Assembly: GCA_910577915.1 (NCBI GenBank)
Contig: CAJTOM010000001.1
Coordinates: forward strand, 41,110 to 105,109
DNA from: an uncultured Oscillospiraceae bacterium
GTDB taxonomy: Bacteria; Bacillota; Clostridia; Oscillospirales; Oscillospiraceae
Direction of reading: 5' to 3'
DNA length: 64,000 bases
In this document: positions 48,970 to 58,422 of the stretch, piece after piece
Layout: every line of letters begins with the position of its first letter
Numbering within the stretch: position 1 is the first letter of the stretch
The notes under the pieces: model-generated
What the model was told of the DNA's origin: nothing
The model's input: only the letters and a program-made list of their open reading frames with translations
Databases searched by the model: none
Translations under genes and position numbers: made by a program

Positions 48970-49659
48970 GTGGGTTTATTTGATCTTTTCAATAAGAAGG
49001 CGAAGGCGCAGCCGCCTCAAGAAAGTAAGGACGCAGGCGAGGAGCTTGATATTTATTCTGGCATGCGGGTGGAAGTAACAACGGATGCAGGACAGCTGCT
49101 TTTTGTGGCAAAGCTGCTTGGCCTGCACGGAAATCAGGCGGAGCTGCACCAGTATTCCGAATCCGAAATTGCCGAAGACATCGGAACCATCCATGCCAGA
49201 ATTCGAGGGTACAGCGACCACGAGAGAAAAGCGGTCTATATGGAGGGCGTCATTACGCCCGGCCCCAGGCATATATGGCAGGTGGAGGAATTGACCGTCG
49301 TTCGCGTGGGCAATGACCGCGCCTTTTTCCGATTGGAGACAAACCTTGCGGCCACCGCCACCATGTTCAGCGGCCTGGCGATGGGAGAAAAGCCCTGCAA
49401 GCTGCTGAATATCAGCGTGGGCGGGGCCAGTGTCAGCTCGGAGTACAGATACTACGAGGGAGACAAATTCCTGCTGAAAGTCAGGCTGTTAGAGGAGCGG
49501 CCAGAGTCGGCTATATTCACTCAAATCGTTCGCATCATAGAGAAGGACGACGGCAAATTTGAATATGGGTGCCGATTCATAGAACTGACCGAGGCTGACC
49601 AGGATCAAATAACAAGGAATATTTTTGCGGTCCAGCGCCAAAAAAGAGCCCGCTCCTAA
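48970..49659 (+). CDS. PilZ-domain c-di-GMP receptor (YcgR-like two-domain architecture)
   Basis: 229 aa with RAFFR (RxxxR) and NISVGG (D/NxSxxG) motifs at the correct spacing. GTG start with a GGGAGG RBS, 27 nt after the cyclase gene. Confidence 0.8.
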   Translation: MGLFDLFNKKAKAQPPQESKDAGEELDIYSGMRVEVTTDAGQLLFVAKLLGLHGNQAELHQYSESEIAEDIGTIHARIRGYSDHERKAVYMEGVITPGPRHIWQVEELTVVRVGNDRAFFRLETNLAATATMFSGLAMGEKPCKLLNISVGGASVSSEYRYYEGDKFLLKVRLLEERPESAIFTQIVRIIEKDDGKFEYGCRFIELTEADQDQITRNIFAVQRQKRARS

Positions 49660-49746
49660 CCACTCGGGAAAACATAATGGATGTGGTGCCCAATGGGCCT
49701 GAAAATGGATGGAACGGATGCCTGTCTGCGGACGCAAACGCCCCAT

Positions 49747-50388
49747 CTACAGATCCACCCGCTCAAACCGCCGCACCCCTACCCGGCAGGCCAGAACGCA
49801 GCACAGCGCGTACACCAGCCCGCCGGCCGCCAGCACCGGCAGCTGCCGGACCAGAGAGGCCGCGTCCACCCCGTCCAGCCACGCCAGGGCGGGGACATGG
49901 ACCAGCGCTTCCATGGCGCACACCCCCAGCGCCAGGGGCGGCAGGGCGGTGAGGAAGGCCACGCCCACCCGGTAGGCTGTCCGATAGAACCGGGCGAAGA
50001 AGACCAGGTTGAACACCCCGTAGAGGGCCAGGGCAAAGCCGTAAAAGGCGGCGTTGGCCTCAATGCCCACCGGATTCCCCTCGGGCAGGTACAGCGTCCG
50101 CAGAAAGGCGAAGGGCAGGGACAGGACCAGCTGCACCAGCTGGACGAACACCGCCAGCAGCAGCTTCCCCCGCACCACGTCCCCCTTCCGCACCGGCAGC
50201 AGGGCGGTGTAAAACACGTCCCTGGTCTCCCGGTCGAACATGAAGGTCTGGAAGAGACCCAGAGCCCCGAAGAAGATCACCACCCCGTAGGGGTAGGCCG
50301 GGATGAGCACCAGAGCCCCCATGAACAGGAAGACAAACACCGACGGGTGGGCCGCCAGGCGCAGCTCCTTGTACAGCAGGTCATACAT
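49747..50388 (-). CDS. ABC-2 family exporter permease
   Basis: 213 aa with 6 hydrophobic segments. Overlaps the ATPase stop by 8 nt. Confidence 0.75.
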   Translation of the reverse strand: MYDLLYKELRLAAHPSVFVFLFMGALVLIPAYPYGVVIFFGALGLFQTFMFDRETRDVFYTALLPVRKGDVVRGKLLLAVFVQLVQLVLSLPFAFLRTLYLPEGNPVGIEANAAFYGFALALYGVFNLVFFARFYRTAYRVGVAFLTALPPLALGVCAMEALVHVPALAWLDGVDAASLVRQLPVLAAGGLVYALCCVLACRVGVRRFERVDL

Positions 50389-51127
50389 GAACGCTCCTCC
50401 TCTCCGCGCGGACCATGATCTCCTCCAGGCTCAGCTCATCGCGGTCCTCCGGGGTGCGCAGGTGCCGGAAGGAGCGGATAAACTCCGCCTTTTCCCCGCA
50501 GGCCAGAAGCCTCCCGCCCCGGAGGTAGGCGACGTCGTCGGCGCACCTGTCCAGATCGCTGGTAATGTGGGTGGAGAAGAGGATGCTGCGCTCCCCGCCG
50601 GCCGTCAGAGCCCGGAACAGCTCCAGCAGCTCGTCCCGGCTCACGGGATCCAGCCCGCTGGTGGGCTCGTCGAAGAGGAACAGTCTGGCCCCATGGGACA
50701 GGGCCAGGGCGATCAGGTACTTCACCCGCATCCCGGCGGACAGCTCCCCCACCCGCTTGCGGCCATCCAGCTCGAAGGCCTCCATGTACCGCCGGCAGGC
50801 CTTCTCGTCCCAGCGCCGGTAGAACCGGCGGGTGACGGCGGTGATGGCGTCCAGCCGCTTGTGCCGGTAGAAGTCGATGCCCCCCAGCACCACGCCCAGC
50901 TCCTGCCGGCTCTCCAGCTCCCCCTCCGGGAAGGGGCGGCCCAGCAGGGTGATGGTCCCCGCGTCGGGGGAGACCAGGTGGAGCAGGGACTTGAGCAGGG
51001 TGCTCTTCCCCGCCCCGTTTTTGCCGATGAGCCCCATAATCCGCCCCTGCTCCAGGGTGAGGGACACCTTGTCCAGAGTGAAGCGGGGGTAGGCCTTGGT
51101 CAGGCCCTCCACGGCCAGCGCCCTCAT
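50381..51127 (-). CDS. ABC transporter ATP-binding protein
   Basis: Walker A GKNGAGKSTLL, signature LSAGMRVK, Walker B LFLFDEPTSGLD. Confidence 0.9.
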   Translation of the reverse strand: MRALAVEGLTKAYPRFTLDKVSLTLEQGRIMGLIGKNGAGKSTLLKSLLHLVSPDAGTITLLGRPFPEGELESRQELGVVLGGIDFYRHKRLDAITAVTRRFYRRWDEKACRRYMEAFELDGRKRVGELSAGMRVKYLIALALSHGARLFLFDEPTSGLDPVSRDELLELFRALTAGGERSILFSTHITSDLDRCADDVAYLRGGRLLACGEKAEFIRSFRHLRTPEDRDELSLEEIMVRAERRSVHV

Positions 51128-51612
51128 GACTCCTCCTCCTGCCTGTCCGCGTCCTGCTGGACCTGGTTGGCCAGCTCCAGCAGGCCCGTGAAAAACTGGG
51201 CGGGAACCAGGGCGATGCCCGCCGTTCCGGGATTGGTGTCCCCCAGCACCACCAGCTCCTCCCCCTTTCCCAGGGAGAAGAGCTCCCGGGCCCGCTTGGG
51301 GATGACGATCTGACCCCGCTCCCCCATCTGCACCACGCCGAAGATGTGCTTCCCCCTGGGGGGCAGCGGCAGGCGGCCGGGCCGCTGGTCGAAGCGGAGC
51401 AGATCGTCCAGGGACACGTCATACAGCGCCGCCAGGGCGTCGCAGCGGAGCAGGTCCGGGGTGGACTCCCCCAGCTCCCACTTGGCCAGGGCCTGGCGGG
51501 TCACGCCCACGGCCTCGGCGGCCTTCTCCTGGCTCAGCCCGCTCAGCCGCCGCAGGGCGGAGAGATTTTGGGCCAGGCAGTTTTTCTGCATCTGATTTGT
51601 CGGATCTTTCAT
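51124..51612 (-). CDS. XRE-type HTH plus SpoVT/AbrB-domain transcriptional regulator
   Basis: LSALRRLSGLSQEKAAEAVGVTRQALAKWELGES is the HTH; GERGQIVIPKRARELFSL is an AbrB-like swapped hairpin. ATGA overlap with the ATPase gene. Confidence 0.8.
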   Translation of the reverse strand: MKDPTNQMQKNCLAQNLSALRRLSGLSQEKAAEAVGVTRQALAKWELGESTPDLLRCDALAALYDVSLDDLLRFDQRPGRLPLPPRGKHIFGVVQMGERGQIVIPKRARELFSLGKGEELVVLGDTNPGTAGIALVPAQFFTGLLELANQVQQDADRQEEES

Positions 51613-51636
51613 ACCAATCCCTCCTCTGTACCCCCT

Positions 51637-51664
51637 ATTTTACACGGAAATACCGGCATGACAA
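51637..51664 (-). promoter_or_regulatory. Promoter of the XRE-AbrB/ABC-2 operon
   Basis: Minus strand reads TTGTCA - 16 nt - TAAAAT. Confidence 0.5.
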
Positions 51665-51717
51665 CCAACCGGCGCTGACAAAAGATGTTCGCTTTGGTTG
51701 CGTCAGGCGGGAGCGGC

Positions 51718-51753
51718 AAAACCCCTCGGCCCGGCAATCGCCGGGCCGAGGGG
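51718..51753 (-). terminator. Intrinsic terminator of clpB
   Basis: Perfect 14-bp stem CCCCTCGGCCCGGC / GCCGGGCCGAGGGG with a 4-nt loop, followed by UUUU on the minus strand. Confidence 0.85.
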
Positions 51754-51763
51754 TCAGCGCCTT

Positions 51764-54358
51764 TTACGCGGTGGCGAAGCGCAGCCGCTCCCCGCCGCTG
51801 TCCACGGTGACGTGCTGCCCGTCGGAGAGGGTCCCCCGGATCAGCATGGCCGCCAGTTCCGTCTCCACGTACTTCTGCAGGTACCGCTTCACCGGCCGGG
51901 CGCCGTAGGCCGGGGAGTAGCTGGCCTTGGCGATGAAGCGCCGGGCGTCCTCCGTCAGCGTCAGGGTGATGTCCCGGTCCGCCAGGCGGCGGGCCACGGC
52001 GGACAGGGCGATGTCGATGATGCCGCCGATCTGCGCCTCCGTCAGGGGGGAGAAGACCACGATGTCGTCCACCCGGTTGATGAACTCCGGGCGGAAGCAG
52101 TCCCGCAGCTGGCCCAGGACCCGCTCCTTCACTGCGGGGTCCACGGACCCGTCCTGGCGGATGTTCTCCGTCAGATAGGCGGAGCCGATGTTGCTGGTCA
52201 TAATGACGATGGTGTTTTTGAAGTCCACCGTGCGGCCCTGGTTGTCGGTGAGCCGCCCGTCGTCCAGCAGCTGGAGCAGGATGTTGAACACGTCCGGGTG
52301 GGCCTTCTCAATCTCGTCGAAGAGGACCACGCTGTAGGGCTTGCGGCGCACCGCCTCGGTGAGCTGGCCCCCCTCGTCGTAGCCCACGTAGCCCGGAGGC
52401 GCGCCCACCAGGCGGGAGACGGCGTGCTTCTCCATGTACTCCGACATGTCGATGCGCACCATGTTCCGCTCGTCGTCGAAGAGGGAGGCCGCCAGGGTTT
52501 TGGCCAGCTCCGTCTTGCCCACGCCGGTGGGCCCCAGGAAGATGAAGGACCCGATGGGCCGGTTCTCGTCCTTGAGCCCCGCCCGGCCCCTCAGAATCGC
52601 CTCGCTGACGGCGGCAACCGCCTCCTCCTGGCCGATGACCCGGCGGTGGAGAATCTCCGGGAGCCGCAGGAGCTTGGCCTTCTCGCTCTCCACCAGCTTG
52701 CTCACCGGGATGCCGGTCCACTTGCTGACCACGGCGGCGATCTCCTCCTCGGTGACCTCCTCCTTCAGGAGGTGGTCCTCCTCTCCGGCGTCCACCCGCC
52801 GGCGCTCCTCCTCCAGCTGCTTCTCCAGCCGGGGCAGGGCGTCGTATTTCAGACGGGCCATCTGCTCCAGGTCATAGCTCCTCTCCGCCTCCTCCATCTG
52901 GCGGCGGGTGTCCTCAATCTCCTGCTTGATGCGCTTGACGCCGGCGATAGACTGCTTCTCGGTCTCCCACTGGGCCCGCATAGCGTCGTTTTTGCTCTTG
53001 AGCTCCGCAAGCTCGGCGTCGATGTGGGCCAGCCGGTTTTTGCTCCCGGCGTCCTCCTCCTTGGTGAGGGCCTGCTTCTCGATCTCCAGCTGCAGAATCT
53101 TCCGGCTGATCTCGTCCAGCTCGGCGGGGAGGCTGTCGATCTCCATGCGGATCTTGCTGGCAGCCTCGTCCATCAGGTCGATGGCCTTGTCCGGCAGGAA
53201 CCGGTCGGTGATATACCGGTCCGACAGACCGGCGCAGGCGATGAGGGCGGCGTCAGTGATGCGCACGCCGTGGTGAATCTCGAAGCGCTCCTTCAATCCC
53301 CGGAGGATGGAGATGGTGTCCTCCACCGTGGGCTGGTCGATGAGCACCTTCTGGAACCGGCGCTCCAGGGCGGCGTCCTTCTCGATATACTTGCGGTACT
53401 CGTCCAGGGTGGTGGCCCCGATGCAGTGGAGCTCTCCCCGGGCCAGCTTGGGCTTGAGGAGGTTGCCCGCGTCCATGCTGCCCTCGGTGCGGCCCGCGCC
53501 GACAATGTTGTGGAGCTCGTCGATGAACAGGAGAATGCGCCCGTCGCTTTGCTCCACCTCGCTGAGCACCGCCTTCAGCCGCTCCTCGAACTCCCCCCGG
53601 TACTTGGCCCCGGCGATGAGAGCGCCCATGTCCAGGGCGAAGATGGTCTTATCCTTGAGCCCCTCCGGCACGTCGCCGTTGAGAATCCGCTGGGCCAGCC
53701 CCTCCACCACGGCGGTTTTGCCCACGCCGGGCTCGCCGATGAGGACGGGGTTGTTCTTTGTCTTCCGGCTCAAAATCTGGATGGTGTGGCGGATCTCCGC
53801 ATCCCGGCCGATGACCGGGTCCAGCTTCCCCTGCCGGGCCATGTCCACCAGGTCCCGGCCGTACTTGGTCAGAGCCTCGTAGCTCTCCTCCGGGTTCTGG
53901 CTGGTGACCCGCTGGCTGCCCCGAACCTTGGTGAGGGCCTGGAGGAGCTTCTCCTTGTCGATGCCGTACTGGCGGAAGATGCGGGCGCCGGGGGTGCCGG
54001 TCTCCTCCGCCAGGGCCAGGTACAGGTGCTCCACGGACACGTACTCATCCTTAAACTGCCCGGCGATGGCCTCCGCCGCCGTCAGCAGCTGGGTGAAGCG
54101 CCGGCTGGCGTAGAGCTGCTCCGCTCCGCCGCCGGAGACCTTGGGCAGGCGGTCCAGCTCCCGCTCAACCTCGCCGGCCAGGGTCTCCACGTCCAGGCCC
54201 ATGTAGGCCAGCAGGCGGGGCACCAGCCCCTCCCGCTGGCGCAGCAGGGCCAGGTGCAGGTGTTCGCCCTCCAGCTGCTGCTGGCCGTTGGCGATGGCGA
54301 TGGACTGGCAGTCTGCCACCGCCTGCTGGGCGTTCTGGGTGTATTTGTCAAAATTCAT
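51764..54358 (-). CDS. clpB: Disaggregase ClpB (AAA+ chaperone)
   Basis: From the ATG at 54358 (GGAGGCATACCC RBS): [21 protein letters not shown]..., NBD1 GEPGVGKTA, a long middle coiled coil, and NBD2 [12 protein letters not shown]. 864 aa. The track's 280-codon N-terminal extension is GC-shadow sequence. Confidence 0.95.
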   Translation of the reverse strand: MNFDKYTQNAQQAVADCQSIAIANGQQQLEGEHLHLALLRQREGLVPRLLAYMGLDVETLAGEVERELDRLPKVSGGGAEQLYASRRFTQLLTAAEAIAGQFKDEYVSVEHLYLALAEETGTPGARIFRQYGIDKEKLLQALTKVRGSQRVTSQNPEESYEALTKYGRDLVDMARQGKLDPVIGRDAEIRHTIQILSRKTKNNPVLIGEPGVGKTAVVEGLAQRILNGDVPEGLKDKTIFALDMGALIAGAKYRGEFEERLKAVLSEVEQSDGRILLFIDELHNIVGAGRTEGSMDAGNLLKPKLARGELHCIGATTLDEYRKYIEKDAALERRFQKVLIDQPTVEDTISILRGLKERFEIHHGVRITDAALIACAGLSDRYITDRFLPDKAIDLMDEAASKIRMEIDSLPAELDEISRKILQLEIEKQALTKEEDAGSKNRLAHIDAELAELKSKNDAMRAQWETEKQSIAGVKRIKQEIEDTRRQMEEAERSYDLEQMARLKYDALPRLEKQLEEERRRVDAGEEDHLLKEEVTEEEIAAVVSKWTGIPVSKLVESEKAKLLRLPEILHRRVIGQEEAVAAVSEAILRGRAGLKDENRPIGSFIFLGPTGVGKTELAKTLAASLFDDERNMVRIDMSEYMEKHAVSRLVGAPPGYVGYDEGGQLTEAVRRKPYSVVLFDEIEKAHPDVFNILLQLLDDGRLTDNQGRTVDFKNTIVIMTSNIGSAYLTENIRQDGSVDPAVKERVLGQLRDCFRPEFINRVDDIVVFSPLTEAQIGGIIDIALSAVARRLADRDITLTLTEDARRFIAKASYSPAYGARPVKRYLQKYVETELAAMLIRGTLSDGQHVTVDSGGERLRFATA

Positions 54359-54425
54359 GGGTATGCCTCCTTGTTGGGCTGCTATGTCCCGGGGGACATA
54401 GACAGTGTGTTTCTTTTCACCTGCG

Positions 54426-54454
54426 ATGATACACCTGTTTGAGAGAAATGTAAA
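54426..54454 (-). promoter_or_regulatory. Candidate clpB promoter
   Basis: Minus strand reads TTTACA - 17 nt - TATCAT, 8 nt downstream of the CIRCE element. Confidence 0.45.
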
Positions 54455-54462
54455 GAGGAAAA

Positions 54463-54489
54463 TTAGCACTCCCGTGACAAGAGTGCTAA
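54463..54489. promoter_or_regulatory. Second CIRCE operator, upstream of clpB
   Basis: TTAGCACTC - N9 - GAGTGCTAA. Both arms are perfect, and it lies about 105 nt upstream of the clpB ATG. Confidence 0.9.
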
Positions 54490-54605
54490 TTTTCTGTGAA
54501 CGGAATGTGAATTTTCCCGCGGCCCGCCGGCAATTCCCCCTTGACGGCGGGGGCCGGGGCTGATAGGCTGATAGAATCAGCGCGGCTGAAGGGAGGAGGA
54601 CAGGT

Positions 54606-55868
54606 ATGAGAGAGATCACGCTGCAGGAGGTGCTGGACGCGCGGGAGGCCCGGGCAGAGCGCCAGCGGCGGCTGCTGGCGCAGTGGGGGCAGCCCCTGCT
54701 GAGCTGCACCCTGAACATCGCCGGTCCGGTGAAGCGCTCGGCGCTGGGGGACTTCCTCTTCCGGGAGACCCTGCAGGCCCTGGAGGGAGCTCTGGGGGAC
54801 CGGCTGCTGCACCGGGAGACCCTGGCGGCGGAGACGGGGCCGGAGGCCCTTCTGGTGTGCGCGCTGCCGGCGGAGGCGGTCAAGGCACTGGGGGAGTCCC
54901 TGGAGGACAGCGGCCCCGCCGGGCGGCTGCTGGATCTGGACGTCATCGGCCCGGAGGGGGAGAAGCGCTCCCGGAGGAGCCCCCGGCCCTGCCTGGTGTG
55001 CGGCGGGCCGGCGGGTCCCTGCGCCCGCAGCCGGGCCCACGGCCTGACCGCCGTCCAGCGGGAGACGGAGCGGCGGCTGCGGACGTTTGCCGCCGGGCGG
55101 CTGGGGGAGCTGGCGGTGGAGGCTTTGGAGGCGGAGGTGGCGCTGACCCCCAAGCCCGGCCTGGTGGACCGGCGCAACAGCGGGGCCCACCGGGACATGG
55201 ACCTGCCCCTCTTCCGCCGCTCCGCCGAAAGCCTGGCGCCCTACTTCCGCCGGGCGGCGGCGCTGGGCATGGAGGCGGCGGCGTGCATGCCGGAGCTCCA
55301 GCGGGCGGGCCGGGCGGCGGAGGAGACCATGCTGGCCGCCACGGCCGGGGTCAACACCCACAAGGGGGCGGTGTACGCCTTCGGGCTGGTGCTGGCGGGC
55401 CTGGGGTCCGTGCTGGTCCGGGGCGGGGACGTGTTTGAGACCGCCGCCGCCCTGGCGCAGGCGGGACAGCCCCCGGAGGCCGGTACCCACGGCGGCCGTG
55501 CGGCCCGGCTCTACGGCGCGGGGGGCGCCCGGGGGGAGGCGCTGGCGGGCTTTCCCCACGCCCGGCGGGCCTGGGAGGCCCTGGGAGCGGGTGGGCCCTA
55601 CGCCGCCCTGCTGACCCTGCTGGCGGAGGTGGAGGACACCAACCTGCTCCACCGGGGCGGCCCCGCGGGGCTGGCCTTCGTCCGGGAGGAGGCCCGGTCC
55701 ATCCTGGCGGGGCCGCAGGCGGCCTGGAGCAGCCGGCTGGAGGCGCTGGACGGCGCCTGCATCGCGCGGAACCTGTCCCCCGGCGGCAGCGCCGACCTGC
55801 TGGCGCTGGCCCTGCTGCTGGGGCGGACGGAGGAGGTGTGGCGGGAGGGCGCTATAAAATTTGCCTGA
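54606..55868 (+). CDS. citXG: Fused CitX-CitG: apo-ACP 2'-(5''-phosphoribosyl)-3'-dephospho-CoA transferase plus triphosphoribosyl-dephospho-CoA synthase
   Basis: 420 aa. The N-terminal ~170 aa are CitX-like ([19 protein letters not shown]..., [11 protein letters not shown]). The C-terminal part is CitG/MdcB-like ([43 protein letters not shown]). Confidence 0.75.
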   Translation: MREITLQEVLDAREARAERQRRLLAQWGQPLLSCTLNIAGPVKRSALGDFLFRETLQALEGALGDRLLHRETLAAETGPEALLVCALPAEAVKALGESLEDSGPAGRLLDLDVIGPEGEKRSRRSPRPCLVCGGPAGPCARSRAHGLTAVQRETERRLRTFAAGRLGELAVEALEAEVALTPKPGLVDRRNSGAHRDMDLPLFRRSAESLAPYFRRAAALGMEAAACMPELQRAGRAAEETMLAATAGVNTHKGAVYAFGLVLAGLGSVLVRGGDVFETAAALAQAGQPPEAGTHGGRAARLYGAGGARGEALAGFPHARRAWEALGAGGPYAALLTLLAEVEDTNLLHRGGPAGLAFVREEARSILAGPQAAWSSRLEALDGACIARNLSPGGSADLLALALLLGRTEEVWREGAIKFA

Positions 55869-55884
55869 AAGTGGGATTTGTCAC

Positions 55885-55913
55885 TTGACAGAGCAGGTCC
55901 CAGGCTGTACTAT
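55885..55913 (+). promoter_or_regulatory. nrdD promoter
   Basis: TTGACA - 17 nt - TACTAT. The -10 is overlapped by NrdR box 1. Confidence 0.6.
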
Positions 55914-55953
55914 ATATGCATTCGTGTCAATTGGTATCTACTATATCTTGTGT
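55907..55953. promoter_or_regulatory. Tandem NrdR boxes
   Basis: GTACTATATATGCATT (55907..55922, 10/16) and CTACTATATCTTGTGT (55938..55953, 12/16), compared with the consensus acaCTATATATAgtgt. The 31-bp centre-to-centre spacing is typical of NrdR operators. Confidence 0.65.
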
Positions 55954-56024
55954 TTATAGGGCGGACACTCCGTTCCATGAGCGAAGAGAGAGGAAAATCC
56001 ATATTTCACTGAGGAGAAGACGGA

Positions 56025-58349
56025 ATGACGATTGAAAAGTTGAAGAAACGGGACGGACGCGTGGTGGAGTTCGACAAGGAGAAGATTGCCGCCGCGATCG
56101 CCAAGGCCTTTGAGGCCACCTACAAGCCGGGGCAGGAGGAGATGGCCCGCTCCCTGGCGGAGGAGGTTCTCTCCATTCTGGAGGTGGAGGGGGCGGCCGC
56201 CCCGGAGGTGGAGCACATCCAGGACATCGTGGAAAAGGTGCTCATGGACAAGGGCTATATCCAGACCGCCAAGGCCTACATCCTCTACCGCAACGAGCGC
56301 AGCCGGGTGCGGGAGATGAATACCCGCCTGATGAAGACCTACGAGGACATCACCTTCTCCGACGCGGTGGACTCCGACGTGAAGCGGGAGAACGCCAACA
56401 TCAACGGCGACACCGCCATGGGCTCCATGCTCAAGTACGGCAGCGAGGGGGCCAAGCAGTTCTACCAGATGTTCGTCCTCAAGCCCGAGCACGCCAGGGC
56501 CCACCAGGAGGGGGACATCCACATCCACGACCTGGATTTCTACACCCTGACCACCACCTGCTGTCAGATCGACATCAAAAAGCTCTTCAAGGGCGGCTTC
56601 TCCACCGGCCACGGCTATCTGCGGGAGCCCAACGACATCGCCTCCTATGCGGCCCTTGCCTGCATCGCCATCCAGTCCAACCAGAACGACCAGCACGGTG
56701 GACAGGCCATCGTCAACTTCGACTACGGCATGGCCGACGGCGTGAAGAAGACCTTCCGCCGCTACTACACCCGCAACCTGGCCAAGGCCCTGATGCTCTG
56801 GCACGAGATGGAGGACCCGGAGGAGGAGCTCAAGGCCCTGCGCAAGCGCATCGAGCGGGAGAAGGGCCTCTATCCCCGGCTGGAACAGTGCCAGCCCTAT
56901 CTGGACGAGGAGCTGCCCTGCCTGGTGGAGGCCTACGGCGATGAGGAGCGGATGCGGAAGGCCCAGGCCATGGCCGTCCACTACGCGGAGAAGGAGACCG
57001 ACCGGGCCGCCTTCCAGGCCATGGAGGCCTTTATCCACAACCTGAACACCATGCACAGCCGGGCCGGGGCCCAAACCCCCTTCTCCTCCATCAACTACGG
57101 CATGGACACCTCTCCCGAGGGGCGCATGGTCATGCGCAACCTGCTGCTGACCACCGAGGAGGGCCTGGGCAACGGGGAGACCCCCATCTTCCCCATCCAG
57201 ATCTTCCGGGTGAAGGAGGGCGTCAACTACAACCCCGGCGACCCCAACTACGACCTGTTCAAGCTGGCCTGCCAGTGCTCCGCCAAGCGGCTCTTCCCCA
57301 ACTTTTCCTTTGTAGACGCCCCCTTCAACCTCCAGTACTACGACCCCCGGCGGCCGGAGACGGAGGTGGCCTACATGGGCTGCCGCACGCGGGTGATCTC
57401 CAACGTCTACGACCCTGACCGCCAGCAGTGCAACCAGCGGGGCAACCTGAGCTTCACCTCCATCAACCTCCCCCGGATCGCCATCAAGTCCAAGGGGGAT
57501 CTGGACATCTTCTTCGACGAGCTGGACCGGAAGATGGACCTGTGCGTGGACCAGCTGCTGGAGCGTTTTGAGATTCAGGCCCGCAAGCACGTCTACAACT
57601 TTCCCTTCCTCATGGGTCAAGGGGTCTGGCTGGACAGCGAGAAGCTGGCCTGGACCGACGAGGTCCGGGAGGTGCTCAAGCATGGCACCCTCTCCGTGGG
57701 CTTCATCGGCCTGGCGGAGACCCTGGTGGCCCTGACGGGCAAGCACCACGGCGAGAGCGAGCACAGCCAGCGCCTGGGCCTGGAGATCATCGCCCGGATG
57801 CGGGCCCGGATGGACGCGGAGAGCCAGAAGACGGGGCTGAACTTCTCCCTGCTGGCCACGCCGGCCGAGGGGCTGTCCGGCCGGTTCATCCGCATCGACA
57901 AGCAGAAGTTCGGCATCATCCCCGGCGTCACGGACCGGGACTACTACACCAACAGCTTCCATGTCCCCGTCTACTACCCCGTCAGCGCCTTTGAGAAGAT
58001 CAAGCTGGAGGCCCCTTACCACGCCCTGACCAACGCCGGCCACATCAGCTACGTGGAGATGGACGGCGACCCGCTCAAGAACCTGGACGCCTTTGAAAAG
58101 GTGGTCCGGTGCATGAAGGAGGCGGGCATCGGCTACGGCTCCGTCAACCACCCGGTGGACCGGGACCCCTGCTGCGGCTACACCGGCATTATCGACGACG
58201 AGTGCCCCGGCTGCGGCCGCCACGAGGCCGACGGGCGCATCGGCTTTGAGCGCATCCGCCGCATCACCGGGTATCTGGTGGGCACCATGGACCGCTGGAA
58301 CGACGCCAAGAGCTCCGAGGAGACGGAGCGGGTGAAGCACCATATCTGA
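56025..58349 (+). CDS. nrdD: Anaerobic ribonucleoside-triphosphate reductase (class III)
   Basis: 774 aa. N-terminal ATP-cone (KRDGRVVEFDKEKI), a C-terminal Cys4 zinc site (CCGYTG...CPGCG), and the glycyl-radical motif RIRRITGYLVG. Confidence 0.95.
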   Translation: MTIEKLKKRDGRVVEFDKEKIAAAIAKAFEATYKPGQEEMARSLAEEVLSILEVEGAAAPEVEHIQDIVEKVLMDKGYIQTAKAYILYRNERSRVREMNTRLMKTYEDITFSDAVDSDVKRENANINGDTAMGSMLKYGSEGAKQFYQMFVLKPEHARAHQEGDIHIHDLDFYTLTTTCCQIDIKKLFKGGFSTGHGYLREPNDIASYAALACIAIQSNQNDQHGGQAIVNFDYGMADGVKKTFRRYYTRNLAKALMLWHEMEDPEEELKALRKRIEREKGLYPRLEQCQPYLDEELPCLVEAYGDEERMRKAQAMAVHYAEKETDRAAFQAMEAFIHNLNTMHSRAGAQTPFSSINYGMDTSPEGRMVMRNLLLTTEEGLGNGETPIFPIQIFRVKEGVNYNPGDPNYDLFKLACQCSAKRLFPNFSFVDAPFNLQYYDPRRPETEVAYMGCRTRVISNVYDPDRQQCNQRGNLSFTSINLPRIAIKSKGDLDIFFDELDRKMDLCVDQLLERFEIQARKHVYNFPFLMGQGVWLDSEKLAWTDEVREVLKHGTLSVGFIGLAETLVALTGKHHGESEHSQRLGLEIIARMRARMDAESQKTGLNFSLLATPAEGLSGRFIRIDKQKFGIIPGVTDRDYYTNSFHVPVYYPVSAFEKIKLEAPYHALTNAGHISYVEMDGDPLKNLDAFEKVVRCMKEAGIGYGSVNHPVDRDPCCGYTGIIDDECPGCGRHEADGRIGFERIRRITGYLVGTMDRWNDAKSSEETERVKHHI

Positions 58350-58371
58350 GGACCTTCCCATCTCGCGCGAA

Positions 58372-58398
58372 GAGGCCGCCGGCGATGCCGGCGGCCTC
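58372..58398. terminator. Stem-loop between the convergent nrdD and TrpB2 genes
   Basis: Perfect 12-bp stem GAGGCCGCCGGC / GCCGGCGGCCTC with a 3-nt loop. Flanking U-tracts are weak. Confidence 0.6.
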
Positions 58399-58422
58399 TC
58401 TCTGTTCAGTTTGCGCCGCCCC

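Noticed and set aside
54359-55198. 280-codon N-terminal extension of the clpB ORF in the track (51764..55198)
   Set aside because: The extension is Arg/Ser/Pro/Ala-rich and overlaps the CIRCE element, the promoter and the divergent citXG gene. The internal ATG at 54358 has a GGAGG RBS and yields the canonical ClpB N-terminus [13 protein letters not shown].
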